NCBI GenBank assembly: GCA_013336275.1
Contig: JAAXUA010000001.1
Coordinates: forward strand, 270,167-334,166
DNA length: 64,000 bases
Source of the DNA: Candidatus Falkowbacteria bacterium
GTDB taxonomy: Bacteria; Patescibacteriota; Patescibacteriia; Patescibacteriales; GWE2-39-37
Reading direction: 5' to 3'
Position numbers and translations under genes: made by a program. Below are positions 20,395 through 30,314 of this stretch, in pieces (the first letter of the stretch is position 1; every line of letters begins with the position of its first letter). The notes under the pieces are model-generated. The model made no database searches. It saw only the letters and a program-made list of their open reading frames with translations, and had not been told where the DNA came from.

Positions 20395-21933
20395 ATGGGG
20401 GTAATAACTAACTACCATATGAAACAGATCAACCTAAAATTCTTCGGCTACTTTGCCATAATCTTGACTATCGTCGCCACCCTAGCCGTAAAGGCCCAGG
20501 CACAGACCCTTGCGGAGCAGACGTTCAATCCGCATAACATCATCGGCGACGCCGAGGTCCTTGACCACACCGCCATGTCCATGGACGAAGTCCGCAACTT
20601 CCTATCATTGAAAGCCGGCTTTCTCTCGACTTATCAGGCTCCCACTTGTCTTGAATCAGACCTTTATAACCCGACCGGGGCCTACAAGCCTTGCACCGGA
20701 CCGGTCAAGACTGCCGCCGAAATCATCTACGACCGGGCCATTACAAACAAGGTCAATCCGAAATTCCTTATAGTCCTCCTGCAAAAGGAAGGCAGCTTGG
20801 TTGAGCTCAAAACCAAACCGAGCCAGACCCGCGTCGATTGGGCGGTCGGCTATGGCTGCCCGGATTCAGGCGGCTGCAGCCCGCGCTACCAGGGCTTCTG
20901 GAAACAGGTCAACAGCGCTTCCCTGCAATTCCGCGACTATATGGACAACCCCCAGCTCTACAACTACAGGCCGAACCAGACCTATACCGTTTCCAACACC
21001 GGGCGCGAACCGATGGTCGTCACCCCGCAGAACTTAGCCACCGCAGCGCTCTACAACTACACTCCGCACGTCTATAACGGCAACTTCAATTTTTACAACA
21101 TCTGGCAGCGCTACTTCCCCCGCATCACCTCCTCTTATCCCAACGGCTCGCTCTTGCAAGTCGAGGGAGAAAAAGGCGTCTGGCTAATCCAGAACGGAAA
21201 GAAACGGCCCTTCGTTTCCAAAGGCGCCCTTTCCTCGAGATATGACATCTCGCGTATTCTTAAAGTCACTCCCACCCAGCTCGAGTCCTACGTGACTGGT
21301 TCACCGATCAAGTTCCCGCAATACGCCCTGGTCCGCTCACCGAATGGCGGCGTCTTCCTCCTCGACGGCGACTACAAGCGCCCGATTACTTCAGGAGCCT
21401 CGTTCAAAAAGCTCGGTTTCAATCCTGAGGAGGTAGTCAGTGCCAGCTGGAGCGATATCAACACCTATCAGGACGGCTTGCCGATCACCGCGACTTCGAG
21501 CTTCCCGACCGGCGCCCTGCTTCAAGACAAGAAAACCGGCGGCATCTACTGGGTCCAGGACAACACCAAGGCTCCGATCCTTGATCGCGTGATCATCCAG
21601 ACAAAATTCAAAGGCCGCAAAGCCATGCCCGTCTCATCCAAGGAATTGGCCGCTATCCCGACCGTCGCACCGATACTCTTCGAAGATGGCCAACTCTTGA
21701 AATCCTTGACCAGCACCTCCGTCTTCGTTATCGCCGATGGCCAGAAACACCCGATCTATTCTGGAAAGGTTTTCGAAAAGCTCGGCTACAAATGGGAAAA
21801 CGTCATCAACGTCTCGCCAAAAATACTCTACTATTATCCTCAAGGCGAACCGCTCAAGGAGCCTCAAGCAACGGCTCAGCCACCACTGGTGAGCGACCAA
21901 GCCAGCGCCGATAATACTATTTCTAAAAGCTAA
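20395..21933 (+). CDS. Secreted protein with lysozyme-like N-domain and four CPR-type C-terminal repeats
   Basis: Signal peptide; VNPKFLIVLLQKE, GYGCPD, ATAALYNYTPH; four repeats of type 'PNGSLLQ..GVWLIQNGKKRPF'; start may be 20419. Confidence 0.65.
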   Translation: MGVITNYHMKQINLKFFGYFAIILTIVATLAVKAQAQTLAEQTFNPHNIIGDAEVLDHTAMSMDEVRNFLSLKAGFLSTYQAPTCLESDLYNPTGAYKPCTGPVKTAAEIIYDRAITNKVNPKFLIVLLQKEGSLVELKTKPSQTRVDWAVGYGCPDSGGCSPRYQGFWKQVNSASLQFRDYMDNPQLYNYRPNQTYTVSNTGREPMVVTPQNLATAALYNYTPHVYNGNFNFYNIWQRYFPRITSSYPNGSLLQVEGEKGVWLIQNGKKRPFVSKGALSSRYDISRILKVTPTQLESYVTGSPIKFPQYALVRSPNGGVFLLDGDYKRPITSGASFKKLGFNPEEVVSASWSDINTYQDGLPITATSSFPTGALLQDKKTGGIYWVQDNTKAPILDRVIIQTKFKGRKAMPVSSKELAAIPTVAPILFEDGQLLKSLTSTSVFVIADGQKHPIYSGKVFEKLGYKWENVINVSPKILYYYPQGEPLKEPQATAQPPLVSDQASADNTISKS

Positions 21934-21937
21934 TCTT

Positions 21938-22729
21938 ATGTCTATCGTCTTCGCGGCGATCGTTCCCCACCCGCCCCTATTAATTCCTGCCATCGGCAAA
22001 GAAAACGCCGCGCGGCTCAAGGCTACTGATGATGCTTACAAGAAACTCAAAGAAAACCTCTACGCCAGCAAGGCGGATACTATCCTGATGATTTCCCCGC
22101 ACGGATTGGTCCAGGGAAAGACTTTCTCCATGAACTTAAGTCCGGAATTCCAGGCAAATTTCGAGCATTTCGGCGACTTCGCCACCAGATTCACCGTCCA
22201 GGGCGATGTCGGCCTGGCCCATCGCATCCGCGAAAATCTCGAGACCAAGGCCCCGCTCCAACTGATCAGCCAGCCCGATCTCGACTACGGCTCAGGCATC
22301 CCGTTGTTCCTTTTGACACCTCCCGGGACACCGCAATACAAGGTCATTCCTCTATACTACTCGGGCCTCGACTTCGAAGCCCATTTTCGCTTCGGACAGC
22401 TTCTGAAACGCGAACTGCTTTACAGCCAAAACCGCATCGCCGTCATCGCTTCTGGTGATCTGTCACACCGCCTGACCAAAGAAGCCCCGGCCGGCTACTC
22501 GCCGAAAGCCGCTAAGTTCGACCAAAAAGTTGTAGAATCAATCACCAAAAACCAGCCCGAAGAACTATTGAATATGAACCATATCCTCATCCGCGAAGCC
22601 AACGAATGCGGTCTCAAATCCATTCTCATTCTCATGGGCATTCTCGACGGCATCAACCACGAGCCGGAACGCCTAGCCTACGAAGCGCCCTTCGGCGTCG
22701 GCTACCTCACCATGAACTTCAAATTGTAG
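21938..22729 (+). CDS. MEMO1/LigB-like protein (AmmeMemoRadiSam protein B-like)
   Basis: VPHPP, ISPH, LDYG, IASGDLSH, ECG, YEAPFGVGY. Confidence 0.85.
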   Translation: MSIVFAAIVPHPPLLIPAIGKENAARLKATDDAYKKLKENLYASKADTILMISPHGLVQGKTFSMNLSPEFQANFEHFGDFATRFTVQGDVGLAHRIRENLETKAPLQLISQPDLDYGSGIPLFLLTPPGTPQYKVIPLYYSGLDFEAHFRFGQLLKRELLYSQNRIAVIASGDLSHRLTKEAPAGYSPKAAKFDQKVVESITKNQPEELLNMNHILIREANECGLKSILILMGILDGINHEPERLAYEAPFGVGYLTMNFKL

Positions 22730-22782
22730 TTCGCCTAATAACGAGCTAGCTGAAATACATGTTGAGCAAATAATCATTTTAA

Positions 22783-23202
22783 ATGGCTGAGAAAAAGTCG
22801 AAACTAGCTGAAATAAAAACCAAGCCCACCTCGGCAAGCGTGGAGGATTTCATCAATAACATTGATGACGAACAAAAGCGCAAAGACAGTTTTGTGCTTT
22901 TGGAAATGATGAGAAAAGCGACGGGAGAAAATCCCGTGCTATGGAGCAGCTCGATTATCGGTTTCGGGAATAAACGATACAAAAGTCCTGCTACTGGCAG
23001 AGAGGTCGATTGGCTTCAGATAGGTTTCTCTCCTCGTAAAGCTAACCTGTCGCTGTATCTGAGCGTAAATATCGTGAAGCATGCTGCCGCACTAAAAAAA
23101 TTAGGAAAACATAAAACTGGCGTCGGTTGCCTCTACATAAACAAGCTGACGGATATTGATATGAAGGTTCTAAAGGAAATCATTGATGCATCATTAAAGT
23201 GA
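22783..23202 (+). CDS. DUF1801 (YdhG-like) protein
   Basis: IIGFG..Y, GFSPRKANLSLY, LGKHKTGVGCLYINKL. Confidence 0.85.
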   Translation: MAEKKSKLAEIKTKPTSASVEDFINNIDDEQKRKDSFVLLEMMRKATGENPVLWSSSIIGFGNKRYKSPATGREVDWLQIGFSPRKANLSLYLSVNIVKHAAALKKLGKHKTGVGCLYINKLTDIDMKVLKEIIDASLK

Positions 23203-23244
23203 CCGCGGAATAGTCTCTCAAGCAACCATTCAAAAACAGCCCGA

Positions 23245-23556
23245 CTAAGGCTGTTTTTTCGTTTCCGGATCGTCAGGTTTTTTTTCTATGACCTTGAAGA
23301 AATACTTCCACTTTTCTCCGGTCTGGCAGAGTTCCTTGGTATCATTAAGCGCCTGCATCACGATCACCTTGTTGTATTGCTTACAGACCCTGAAAACCGA
23401 GTTGCGCTTGAAGTTGGGCACGGCCAATTCCTTGATTATCTGCAACGCCAAATCCTGCCACTCGTAGGCCGGTGGTTTTTTGGCAGGAATTTTGTTCCTA
23501 TTCTTGAAGATGTCCCCGAAAGATTGGAATCCTTCGTCTATTTTTACATCTGACAT
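23245..23556 (-). CDS. Hypothetical protein
   Basis: Compact ORF filling the gap between convergent and divergent neighbours; KPPAYEWQDLAL...KWKYFFKV. Confidence 0.65.
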   Translation of the reverse strand: MSDVKIDEGFQSFGDIFKNRNKIPAKKPPAYEWQDLALQIIKELAVPNFKRNSVFRVCKQYNKVIVMQALNDTKELCQTGEKWKYFFKVIEKKPDDPETKKQP

Positions 23557-23652
23557 AAAGATATGCTAAGTATAACAGGCTGCCCGGCGCCTGTTAAGTT
23601 GACAAAAACGTCATTTAATGATTAAATAAACTAGCTAAATAATCTCAAAAAT

Positions 23653-24135
23653 ATGCCCGATATACTTAAAATCCTGACTCACCCCGACCCGCGGCTGCGC
23701 AAGATGTCGACCGAGGTCGAGATCAAAGAACTCAACTCTAAAGAGCTCAAAAAGCTGATTGCCGATATGAAGCGCACGATGGTCGAAAAGGACGGCGTCG
23801 GTCTGGCCGCACCTCAGGTTGGCCACAACATCCGTCTCATCACTATCAACACCGACCAAGGGCCGATCTGCCTGGTCAATCCCAAGATAACCAAGCGTTC
23901 CTGGGCCAAAGAAACCCAAGAGGAGGGCTGCCTTTCTGTACCCGACATCTTCCACAAGATCAGCCGTCACAAGAAGATCTGCTGCAAGTTTACCACCGAA
24001 CTGAACAAGCAAGGCATCATCGAGGCCGAGGGCTTGATTGCCCGAGGACTCCAGCACGAAATCGACCACTTGGACGGCGTGTTGTTCATCGATTATCTAG
24101 ACCCCAAGAAGACCGCCACGAAAAAGAAAAAATAA
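23653..24135 (+). CDS. def: Peptide deformylase
   Basis: GVGLAAPQVG, EGCLSV, QHEIDHLDG. Confidence 0.97.
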   Translation: MPDILKILTHPDPRLRKMSTEVEIKELNSKELKKLIADMKRTMVEKDGVGLAAPQVGHNIRLITINTDQGPICLVNPKITKRSWAKETQEEGCLSVPDIFHKISRHKKICCKFTTELNKQGIIEAEGLIARGLQHEIDHLDGVLFIDYLDPKKTATKKKK

Positions 24136-24140
24136 ACCAC

Positions 24141-25076
24141 ATGACGCCTATCCGGACAATTTTTATCGGCACCCCAGCCTTCAGCGTGCCCACCCTCGAA
24201 GCCTTGGTCAATGACCGCGACTTTGATGTTGTCGCCGTCATCAGCCAGCCTGACCGGCCCATCGGCCGCAAGCAGATCATTACGCCGACTCCGGTCAAAG
24301 AGGCGGCCGCAAAATATGGTTTGCCGATTTACCAACCTGAAAAGATCAGTGAAATCTTGTCCCAGCTTACCGAGCTCAAGCCCGATGTCATCGTAGTCGT
24401 AGCCTATGCCCAGATCATCCCCGAATCGGTCCTGAACCTCCCCCGCTACGGCTGCATCAATATCCATGCTTCCCTCCTTCCGAAATATCGCGGCGCGGCC
24501 GTCTTGCAGGCACCGATACTTCACGGCGACCAGGAGACGGGCGTCACCATCATGAAGATGGATAAGTCACTGGATACTGGCCCCGTCATCTTCCAAGCCA
24601 AAATCGAGCTCGACCCCGAGGAGACGCCTTTGACCTTGGCTGACAAACTATCACCCCTGGGCGCCTCGATATTGCCAGACGTCCTCAAGCGCTACATTTC
24701 GGGCGAGTTGCAGCCCCACCAACAGAATAACGAGCTGGCTAGCTACGTCAAAACCTTGACCAAGGACGACGGGCGCATCGATTGGTCCCACTCGGCCCAT
24801 CGGCTTGAGCGGCAGATCCGAGCCATGACTCCCTGGCCTGGTACCTGGACAACGTGGCAAGGGCAAATCCTGAAGATTACCAAAGTCGAACACGCTCCCC
24901 ACCGCATCGAACAATACCGCCATGGCGAGGTCTTCATCGATCACGGCCATATGGCCATCCAGTGCGGCATCGACTCGTTGATCGTCGAGCGCTTGCAGCT
25001 TGAAGGCAAATCAGCGGTCAGCGCTAGCGAGTTTTTACGTGGCTACCCCGAAATCGTCCATACGGTTTTGACATAA
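24141..25076 (+). CDS. fmt: Methionyl-tRNA formyltransferase
   Basis: FIGTPAF, SQPDRP, INIHASLLPKYRGA, LDTGP; follows def. Confidence 0.97.
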   Translation: MTPIRTIFIGTPAFSVPTLEALVNDRDFDVVAVISQPDRPIGRKQIITPTPVKEAAAKYGLPIYQPEKISEILSQLTELKPDVIVVVAYAQIIPESVLNLPRYGCINIHASLLPKYRGAAVLQAPILHGDQETGVTIMKMDKSLDTGPVIFQAKIELDPEETPLTLADKLSPLGASILPDVLKRYISGELQPHQQNNELASYVKTLTKDDGRIDWSHSAHRLERQIRAMTPWPGTWTTWQGQILKITKVEHAPHRIEQYRHGEVFIDHGHMAIQCGIDSLIVERLQLEGKSAVSASEFLRGYPEIVHTVLT

Positions 25077-25155
25077 TCTGAGTTTTGTTCTATACTATTT
25101 TCTATAAAATACCCTCACCACAAGGGCTATTTTATTTGAAAAAACCGACAATTTT

Positions 25156-25230
25156 GGCGCTATCGTCTAGTGGTTAGGACATCAGGTTCTCATCCTGGTA
25201 ACCGGGGTTCGATTCCCCGTAGCGCTACCA
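25156..25230 (+). tRNA. tRNA-Glu (CTC)
   Basis: GGCGCTA/TAGCGCT acceptor stem, anticodon arm TCAGG-TTCTCAT-CCTGG, GTTCGATTC T-loop, encoded CCA. Confidence 0.95.
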
Positions 25231-25395
25231 ATACAAAAAGGGACTGGCACAACCAGTCTCTTTTTATATTGGTACGGTTGCGTGGTTGAGGACTTCGGGC
25301 TGATAAAGTAGCCAACATGAATGGATGAGAAATAGAATGAAATGCGTTAAGAAACCAACTGGAATACTGACGGTGTGGGGCTTCCGCCCCGGTGA

Positions 25396-25413
25396 GATTC
25401 CCCGTAGCGCTAC
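25396..25413 (+). repeat. 18-bp direct repeat of the tRNA-Glu 3' end (att-like)
   Basis: GATTCCCCGTAGCGCTAC is identical to 25211-25228. Confidence 0.85.
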
Positions 25414-25465
25414 AAAAATACAAAAACAGACTACCTGATAAGGCGGTCTGTTTTTTTGCATAATA

Positions 25466-25494
25466 TTGACAAATACTATAAAATATGCTAGAAT
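25466..25494 (+). promoter_or_regulatory. Sigma70 promoter
   Basis: TTGACA-17 nt-TAGAAT with an extended -10 TG. Confidence 0.75.
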
Positions 25495-25611
25495 ATAACA
25501 TTGCTTTTTGCACGTTCATTCACACCTAGTGTTTCATAAAAACCTTGGCAAACAAAGTAATTTCACTCTAACCGTATTCGAAAGGATACACACCAACCAC
25601 GGGGAGGCATT

Positions 25612-26208
25612 ATGCACTGGTTCAGAAATCTTGGCACATTAGGAAAGATTGGTATCGTCGTCGGCTCTATCGTGACCCTGGCCTTGCTTGGGCTGTTTGT
25701 TTTCTGGCTCGGCTGGGTCAACTTCGTTGACAACTACCAGCTCGCCTACAAATTCGACAAGCTCGACAAAACCGGCAAAATCCAGATTCTGAAGGAAACT
25801 CAACACGACGGCAAGGTGAACTACGAAAGAGGCTGGATTGTTACCACACCTATCGCCGTCAAGGTGCACACTGTTGATCTGCGCCCGATGCAGGTCTGCA
25901 TGAATGCCAACTCGAGAGTGCTTAACTGCAAGCTAGTGGAGTTCAACCCCGATGGGCTTGAGCTGTTTCTCAGCTGGCACGGACGCAACGACTACGAAGG
26001 CCCTTCATCATCCGGCTCGGGTGGAACATCGACCCAAGGCGCAACCCACAGTACGACGAAATTCAGCGAAATACTCACGAGCTACGCGTACGATGGCAAT
26101 GAGTACCCCTTCCTGACCATCATCAAGGAACTCAAACCCGAAACGATTAACAACCCCGTCAAGACATCCCAGGCCCTCGCACCGAAGGCGGAGGAGGATA
26201 AAAAATGA
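25612..26208 (+). CDS. Membrane-anchored hypothetical protein (paralog 1, SD-led)
   Basis: N-terminal TM; VDLRP..NCKLVEFNP..YAY..YPFL; GGGGAGG SD. Confidence 0.75.
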   Translation: MHWFRNLGTLGKIGIVVGSIVTLALLGLFVFWLGWVNFVDNYQLAYKFDKLDKTGKIQILKETQHDGKVNYERGWIVTTPIAVKVHTVDLRPMQVCMNANSRVLNCKLVEFNPDGLELFLSWHGRNDYEGPSSSGSGGTSTQGATHSTTKFSEILTSYAYDGNEYPFLTIIKELKPETINNPVKTSQALAPKAEEDKK

Positions 26209-26660
26209 GCGCCATCAAGCGGCTTTTAGCCGGTCTCGGCCTCTGTTCAGTCATCATTGCCACTTTCTACACCGCAATGATCCACTATCAGGAACAATAC
26301 GAAGTCGCCATCATGTGGAACAAGATTTCCGGCCATTTCTGGCTGGAGGAGCGTGGGGGTTTTCACCGGTCAGCACCTTGGGTGCTCGCAGCCAAGATCG
26401 ATTTGCGGCCAAACCGTGTCGCCGTTACCTCGGCCAGCCGAAGTTACAACAGCAAGCTGGTGCAATTCGACCCCAAGTTTTACCGTGAATTCGTCGCCCT
26501 TGAAGGCACCCGCTACTACTGGTGGTCCAATCGGATCTCCTTCAACCTCGGATATTCCGAAGAATACCGCGGGATGAAGGACATTCTTCGCGGGTATACC
26601 TACGCAATGAAACACTATCCTTTCATCAAAGTCGTCAAAGAATTCGACGACTTGAACTGA
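26205..26660 (+). CDS. Membrane-anchored hypothetical protein (paralog 2, SD-led)
   Basis: ATGA overlap, GGAGGAGG upstream; IDLRP..NSKLVQFDP..YTY..YPFI. Confidence 0.75.
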   Translation: MSAIKRLLAGLGLCSVIIATFYTAMIHYQEQYEVAIMWNKISGHFWLEERGGFHRSAPWVLAAKIDLRPNRVAVTSASRSYNSKLVQFDPKFYREFVALEGTRYYWWSNRISFNLGYSEEYRGMKDILRGYTYAMKHYPFIKVVKEFDDLN

Positions 26661-26667
26661 ACAGACA

Positions 26668-26694
26668 GGGGACGCACAGAGCGTCCCCTTTTTT
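26668..26694 (+). terminator. Intrinsic terminator
   Basis: GGGGACGC-acaga-GCGTCCCC-TTTTTT. Confidence 0.8.
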
Positions 26695-26800
26695 CATCTT
26701 GACATGGTCCCATTGACATTTTTACATATTTATGCTAAGGTTTGCTTACTTGAATGGCCCGAACGGCCGTTCTTTTTTATTGGGTAAAGCCTGATACCGC

Positions 26801-27556
26801 ATGAAAAATCGCCTCAAACAACTGAAGCGTCATAAACAATTGAAACTCAAACGCAGGTTCCGTTCCCCGGAATGCCAGCTTAATGCATGTGCTCCGGCGA
26901 CCCTGCCCATCTTCCTGCAAAAGAAAGGTCTCTTCAGCCTGCTGATCGTCAGCATCGCCTGTTTTTTCGTTTTCTTGCCCCAGAATGACATCGACGAGCT
27001 TCATTACTATCTATACGCCGGCAGCAAGAAACCGACCCGAGGCTGCCTCCCTGGACCCTATTCTTCATTTAAAAACTCTGAGAATGCCGAATGCCTACCC
27101 ACTCCGATCGCTAAAAATGGCCCTCTGAGAGACATGGTTGTTTCTATCGTCAAACACACTCCGATGGAAAAGATGGTCGACGCAATCGCTGAACGGGAGA
27201 CGAAAGTCGTCGCTTACCTTGTTGGCATCGCCATGAAGGAAAGCAAGTTCGGGATTTACTCACCCAAAAAGGACGGCGCGGAATGCTACAACTACTGGGG
27301 TTACCGCGGCAAAGAGAATACGACTGCCAGCGGCTACTCTTGTTTCGATTCTCCGGAACACGCCATCAAGGTCGTAGGTGACCGCATCGAATCGATGGTC
27401 AAGCGCGGGGCCCGCAATCCGGCCGAGATGATCTCTTGGAAGTGCGGCAGCACCTGTGCCGGCCACGACCCTGAAAGCGTGCGCAAGTGGATTGCCGACG
27501 TGTCCATCCACTACCACCAAATCAGCTCGTCCGAGCAGATCGCCAAGAATAAATAA
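26801..27556 (+). CDS. Membrane-anchored protein with lysozyme/glucosaminidase-like domain
   Basis: TM helix, then GIAMKESKFG...CYNYWGY...CFDSPEHAI. Confidence 0.55.
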   Translation: MKNRLKQLKRHKQLKLKRRFRSPECQLNACAPATLPIFLQKKGLFSLLIVSIACFFVFLPQNDIDELHYYLYAGSKKPTRGCLPGPYSSFKNSENAECLPTPIAKNGPLRDMVVSIVKHTPMEKMVDAIAERETKVVAYLVGIAMKESKFGIYSPKKDGAECYNYWGYRGKENTTASGYSCFDSPEHAIKVVGDRIESMVKRGARNPAEMISWKCGSTCAGHDPESVRKWIADVSIHYHQISSSEQIAKNK

Positions 27557-27627
27557 ACCCTACGTTTTAAAATAAGAAAAAGCCGCCTGTTTCCAAGCGG
27601 CCTTTTTTTATGCAATGTACTGTTTTT

Positions 27628-28209
27628 TCAGAATTTGACCTTGGGGGCGTCCTTGACTTTTTCGTCAGCTTTGAACGGCTCCTTACGTGCTAAGTGGAGC
27701 AGTATGCTGTTGGTCATACTGTTGGGAAAAGTCCGGATGCTGACATTGAATGTCTCGACAGCTTTGTTGTAGCGGCTTCTGGCGACGTTAATCCGGTTCT
27801 CCGTTCCCTCCATCTGGTTCTGCAGGTCCGAAAACTGCTGGTTAGCCTTGAGGTCGGGATATCTCTCGACCACCACCATCAAGCGCGACAGGGCGCTTGA
27901 AAGTTCGCCTTGAGCGGACTGAAACTTGTTCAGCATGGCCGGGTCGTTGATCATGGCCTGATTCAGCTGGATCGATCCGACTTTGGCACGAGCCTCGGTT
28001 ACCGCTTTGAGCGTTTCACTCTCATGCTTGGCGTAGCCTTTGACCACCTCGACCAGATTCGGTATCAGGTCAGCTCGGCGCTGGTACGAAGCCTCGACAT
28101 CACCCCAGGCAGCTATGACCGCCTCTTCTTTGGCCTGCATTTCGTTGTAGCCGCAGCCGGAAAGTCCCATTATGGCCACAAGCAGCATCAGTAAACAGAT
28201 TCTTTTCAT
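27628..28209 (-). CDS. lemA: LemA family protein (lipoprotein-type N-terminus)
   Basis: LSGCGYN, YQRRADLIPNLV, ERYPDLKA, EGTENRI; SD GAGGAGGAG. Confidence 0.93.
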   Translation of the reverse strand: MKRICLLMLLVAIMGLSGCGYNEMQAKEEAVIAAWGDVEASYQRRADLIPNLVEVVKGYAKHESETLKAVTEARAKVGSIQLNQAMINDPAMLNKFQSAQGELSSALSRLMVVVERYPDLKANQQFSDLQNQMEGTENRINVARSRYNKAVETFNVSIRTFPNSMTNSILLHLARKEPFKADEKVKDAPKVKF

Positions 28210-28250
28210 CGGTAATCTCCTCCTCGGATATTCCCTTACGGGGTTAGTTG

Positions 28251-30314
28251 CTAATCATCAGCACCGCTTCCATCGCAGTCGCCACCAGAGTCTGGCTCAG
28301 GCGTCGAATCGAATGATATCCCTTCGCCGCCGCCTCCTCGGCTGCGGCTAAAAGTGTCGTCATCATCGACGGCGATAACGCTACGCCTCTCTTCTCTGCG
28401 CTCAGCTTCTCTGCGTTCTTCAAGCAAACGCGCCTGCCTCCTCAACTCGGATTGGTGCGTGTTCGCCTCCTCTTCTGCTTCCCTGGCAATGCGTCTGGCG
28501 TCGCTAGCGACCTCAGCAATCAGGGCCATGAGGACGATCATGTTGACCATCCCGCCTTGACCCGCCTGGGAGGAAAGCTTCTTGGCAGAAGCCAGCTTTT
28601 CTTCGAGGCGTTTGACTTTGCCGGCAGTCGCGTCCTTGACGCCATCTGCCTTAACGGCTGACAACGCTTTGTGATACGACCTTTCGGCTTCGGTGCAGGA
28701 TTGGGCATGTTCGTTCCGCGCTTTCTCGAGACTTACCTCAAGCTCGTCCAATTCCTCGTAGAAAGACTTTACCTTTTCGAGCTCTTTTTTAGCCTCCTCC
28801 GCCATGCCGTAGCCGAAATCGGCTACACCGGATGAGATTACGCTTTCTTTTAAAGCGGAGGAATTCAGGGCGATATAGATTGAAAAATTGCCACTGAGTC
28901 CATGAAGCTTTTGCGGCAGTTCACGCCAGACATCGGCCGGATTTTCCGACTGCAGCTTTGATAGCTTGGCTGCCGCAGATTCCACCATGCGGGAAAGTTC
29001 GGTAAATAGGACACCGTTTTGAGCGATCAGCTTGGCGGCCTGTTCGAGATTTTTCTTCGGCTCTTCGATCGTCCTCTTGGCTACGCCGAGATGATCATCG
29101 AAATACTTCCAGTTAATGTCATCCGGGTGCTGTTTCTTCTTCTCCATGACCGCCTTGAGTTCTGCGACTTCGCTTTCAAACCTCTTCAGCGGCTTGGTAT
29201 CGATCACGAAGCCTTCGGCCCGATACTGCAGCGCCGCCTTGTCGGCCTTTTCGATTTCACGATCAAAACCGGCAATCCTGGCCCCTGCTTCGGTAAACGA
29301 CTGCTCAAGCATGAAGGGCAGTTTCTCGATCTTGTCGAGTTGCAGCTTGCTGGCCGCGATCAGCTTCTTGAGCTGGCGACCGAGATCAGCCGGGTTGCGC
29401 GATGCGGAAAATATCGGATCTTTTGCCGTTAGATCCCGCTTGGCATTATTGACCTCGTCCATCGTCCGACGGATCTGGGTCAGGCATTGCTCACCCTGGG
29501 ACTTGGCCAATTGCGGCAGCCCTTCCGATACCTTGACGGCATTGCAGCAAAGCTTGCCGATTTCCTCAGCCGCTTCGCCATAGACTTTGAGCAGTTCCTG
29601 CTGGTTCTGCTCGGCCTGCTTCTTTTCACGGTTCCGATTGATCTGCTTGATCACCCAATTGCCGCCGAGCGCCAAAACGATAATACCCATCAAGGCGATG
29701 AGGCCGTAGATGAATATCCCGGACAGATCGCTCTTGGGGGAGCTTTTGGACGCTTCTCCGGTGGATTGGCTCGGAACAACCGGCGGTTGTGACGCCTTTT
29801 CCTTGGCCAGCAAGCCTTCGATACTGTCGGTTATCTGGTTCAGGCTGCCGACCACGTCGCCTTTGTCGAATGACTCGCGCGACGCCTTGAGAATTCTTCC
29901 CGTGGCCATATCGGTCAGGACGCCATTCAAACCGCGTCCGACCTCGATCCTTCTTCTTCCAGGTTTGCCGTTCTTGCCGCGCTCCTCCGTCGCGATGGTT
30001 ATCAGCACTCCGTTGTCGACTCCCTTCTTGCCTACCTTCCAGACATCTGCGACGTTGATAGAATACTCAGCAATCTCGTTGCCATTGAGGTTCTTGACCA
30101 CCAAGACGGTGATCGTTGCCAGGCCTTTCTTCTGGATTCCGGCCAGGCGCATTTCCAGCTGTTGTTTTCTTTCAGCGGGGATGGCGCTAGCGAAATCGTT
30201 GATGAATCCCTGGGGCTTCGGCGGCAGGGCTATGCCGAAATCAAAGGCATGAACCATTGTTGCCGCGAGTACGAAGGCGGCCATCAAAAACCATACTGCT
30301 TTCCATTGCTTCAT
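28251..30314 (-). CDS. TPM (YgcG-like) domain protein with TM helix and long coiled coil
   Basis: Signal peptide; GFINDFA, WKVGKKGVDNGVLI, RIEVGRGL..LTD; long helical region; Gly/Asp-rich tail; SD GAGGAGGT. Confidence 0.85.
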   Translation of the reverse strand: MKQWKAVWFLMAAFVLAATMVHAFDFGIALPPKPQGFINDFASAIPAERKQQLEMRLAGIQKKGLATITVLVVKNLNGNEIAEYSINVADVWKVGKKGVDNGVLITIATEERGKNGKPGRRRIEVGRGLNGVLTDMATGRILKASRESFDKGDVVGSLNQITDSIEGLLAKEKASQPPVVPSQSTGEASKSSPKSDLSGIFIYGLIALMGIIVLALGGNWVIKQINRNREKKQAEQNQQELLKVYGEAAEEIGKLCCNAVKVSEGLPQLAKSQGEQCLTQIRRTMDEVNNAKRDLTAKDPIFSASRNPADLGRQLKKLIAASKLQLDKIEKLPFMLEQSFTEAGARIAGFDREIEKADKAALQYRAEGFVIDTKPLKRFESEVAELKAVMEKKKQHPDDINWKYFDDHLGVAKRTIEEPKKNLEQAAKLIAQNGVLFTELSRMVESAAAKLSKLQSENPADVWRELPQKLHGLSGNFSIYIALNSSALKESVISSGVADFGYGMAEEAKKELEKVKSFYEELDELEVSLEKARNEHAQSCTEAERSYHKALSAVKADGVKDATAGKVKRLEEKLASAKKLSSQAGQGGMVNMIVLMALIAEVASDARRIAREAEEEANTHQSELRRQARLLEERREAERREERRSVIAVDDDDTFSRSRGGGGEGISFDSTPEPDSGGDCDGSGADD

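Noticed and set aside
25190..25519. ORFs overlapping the tRNA and its duplicated end
   Set aside because: Antisense to the tRNA and terminators; the repeated VALRGI simply reflects the DNA repeat.
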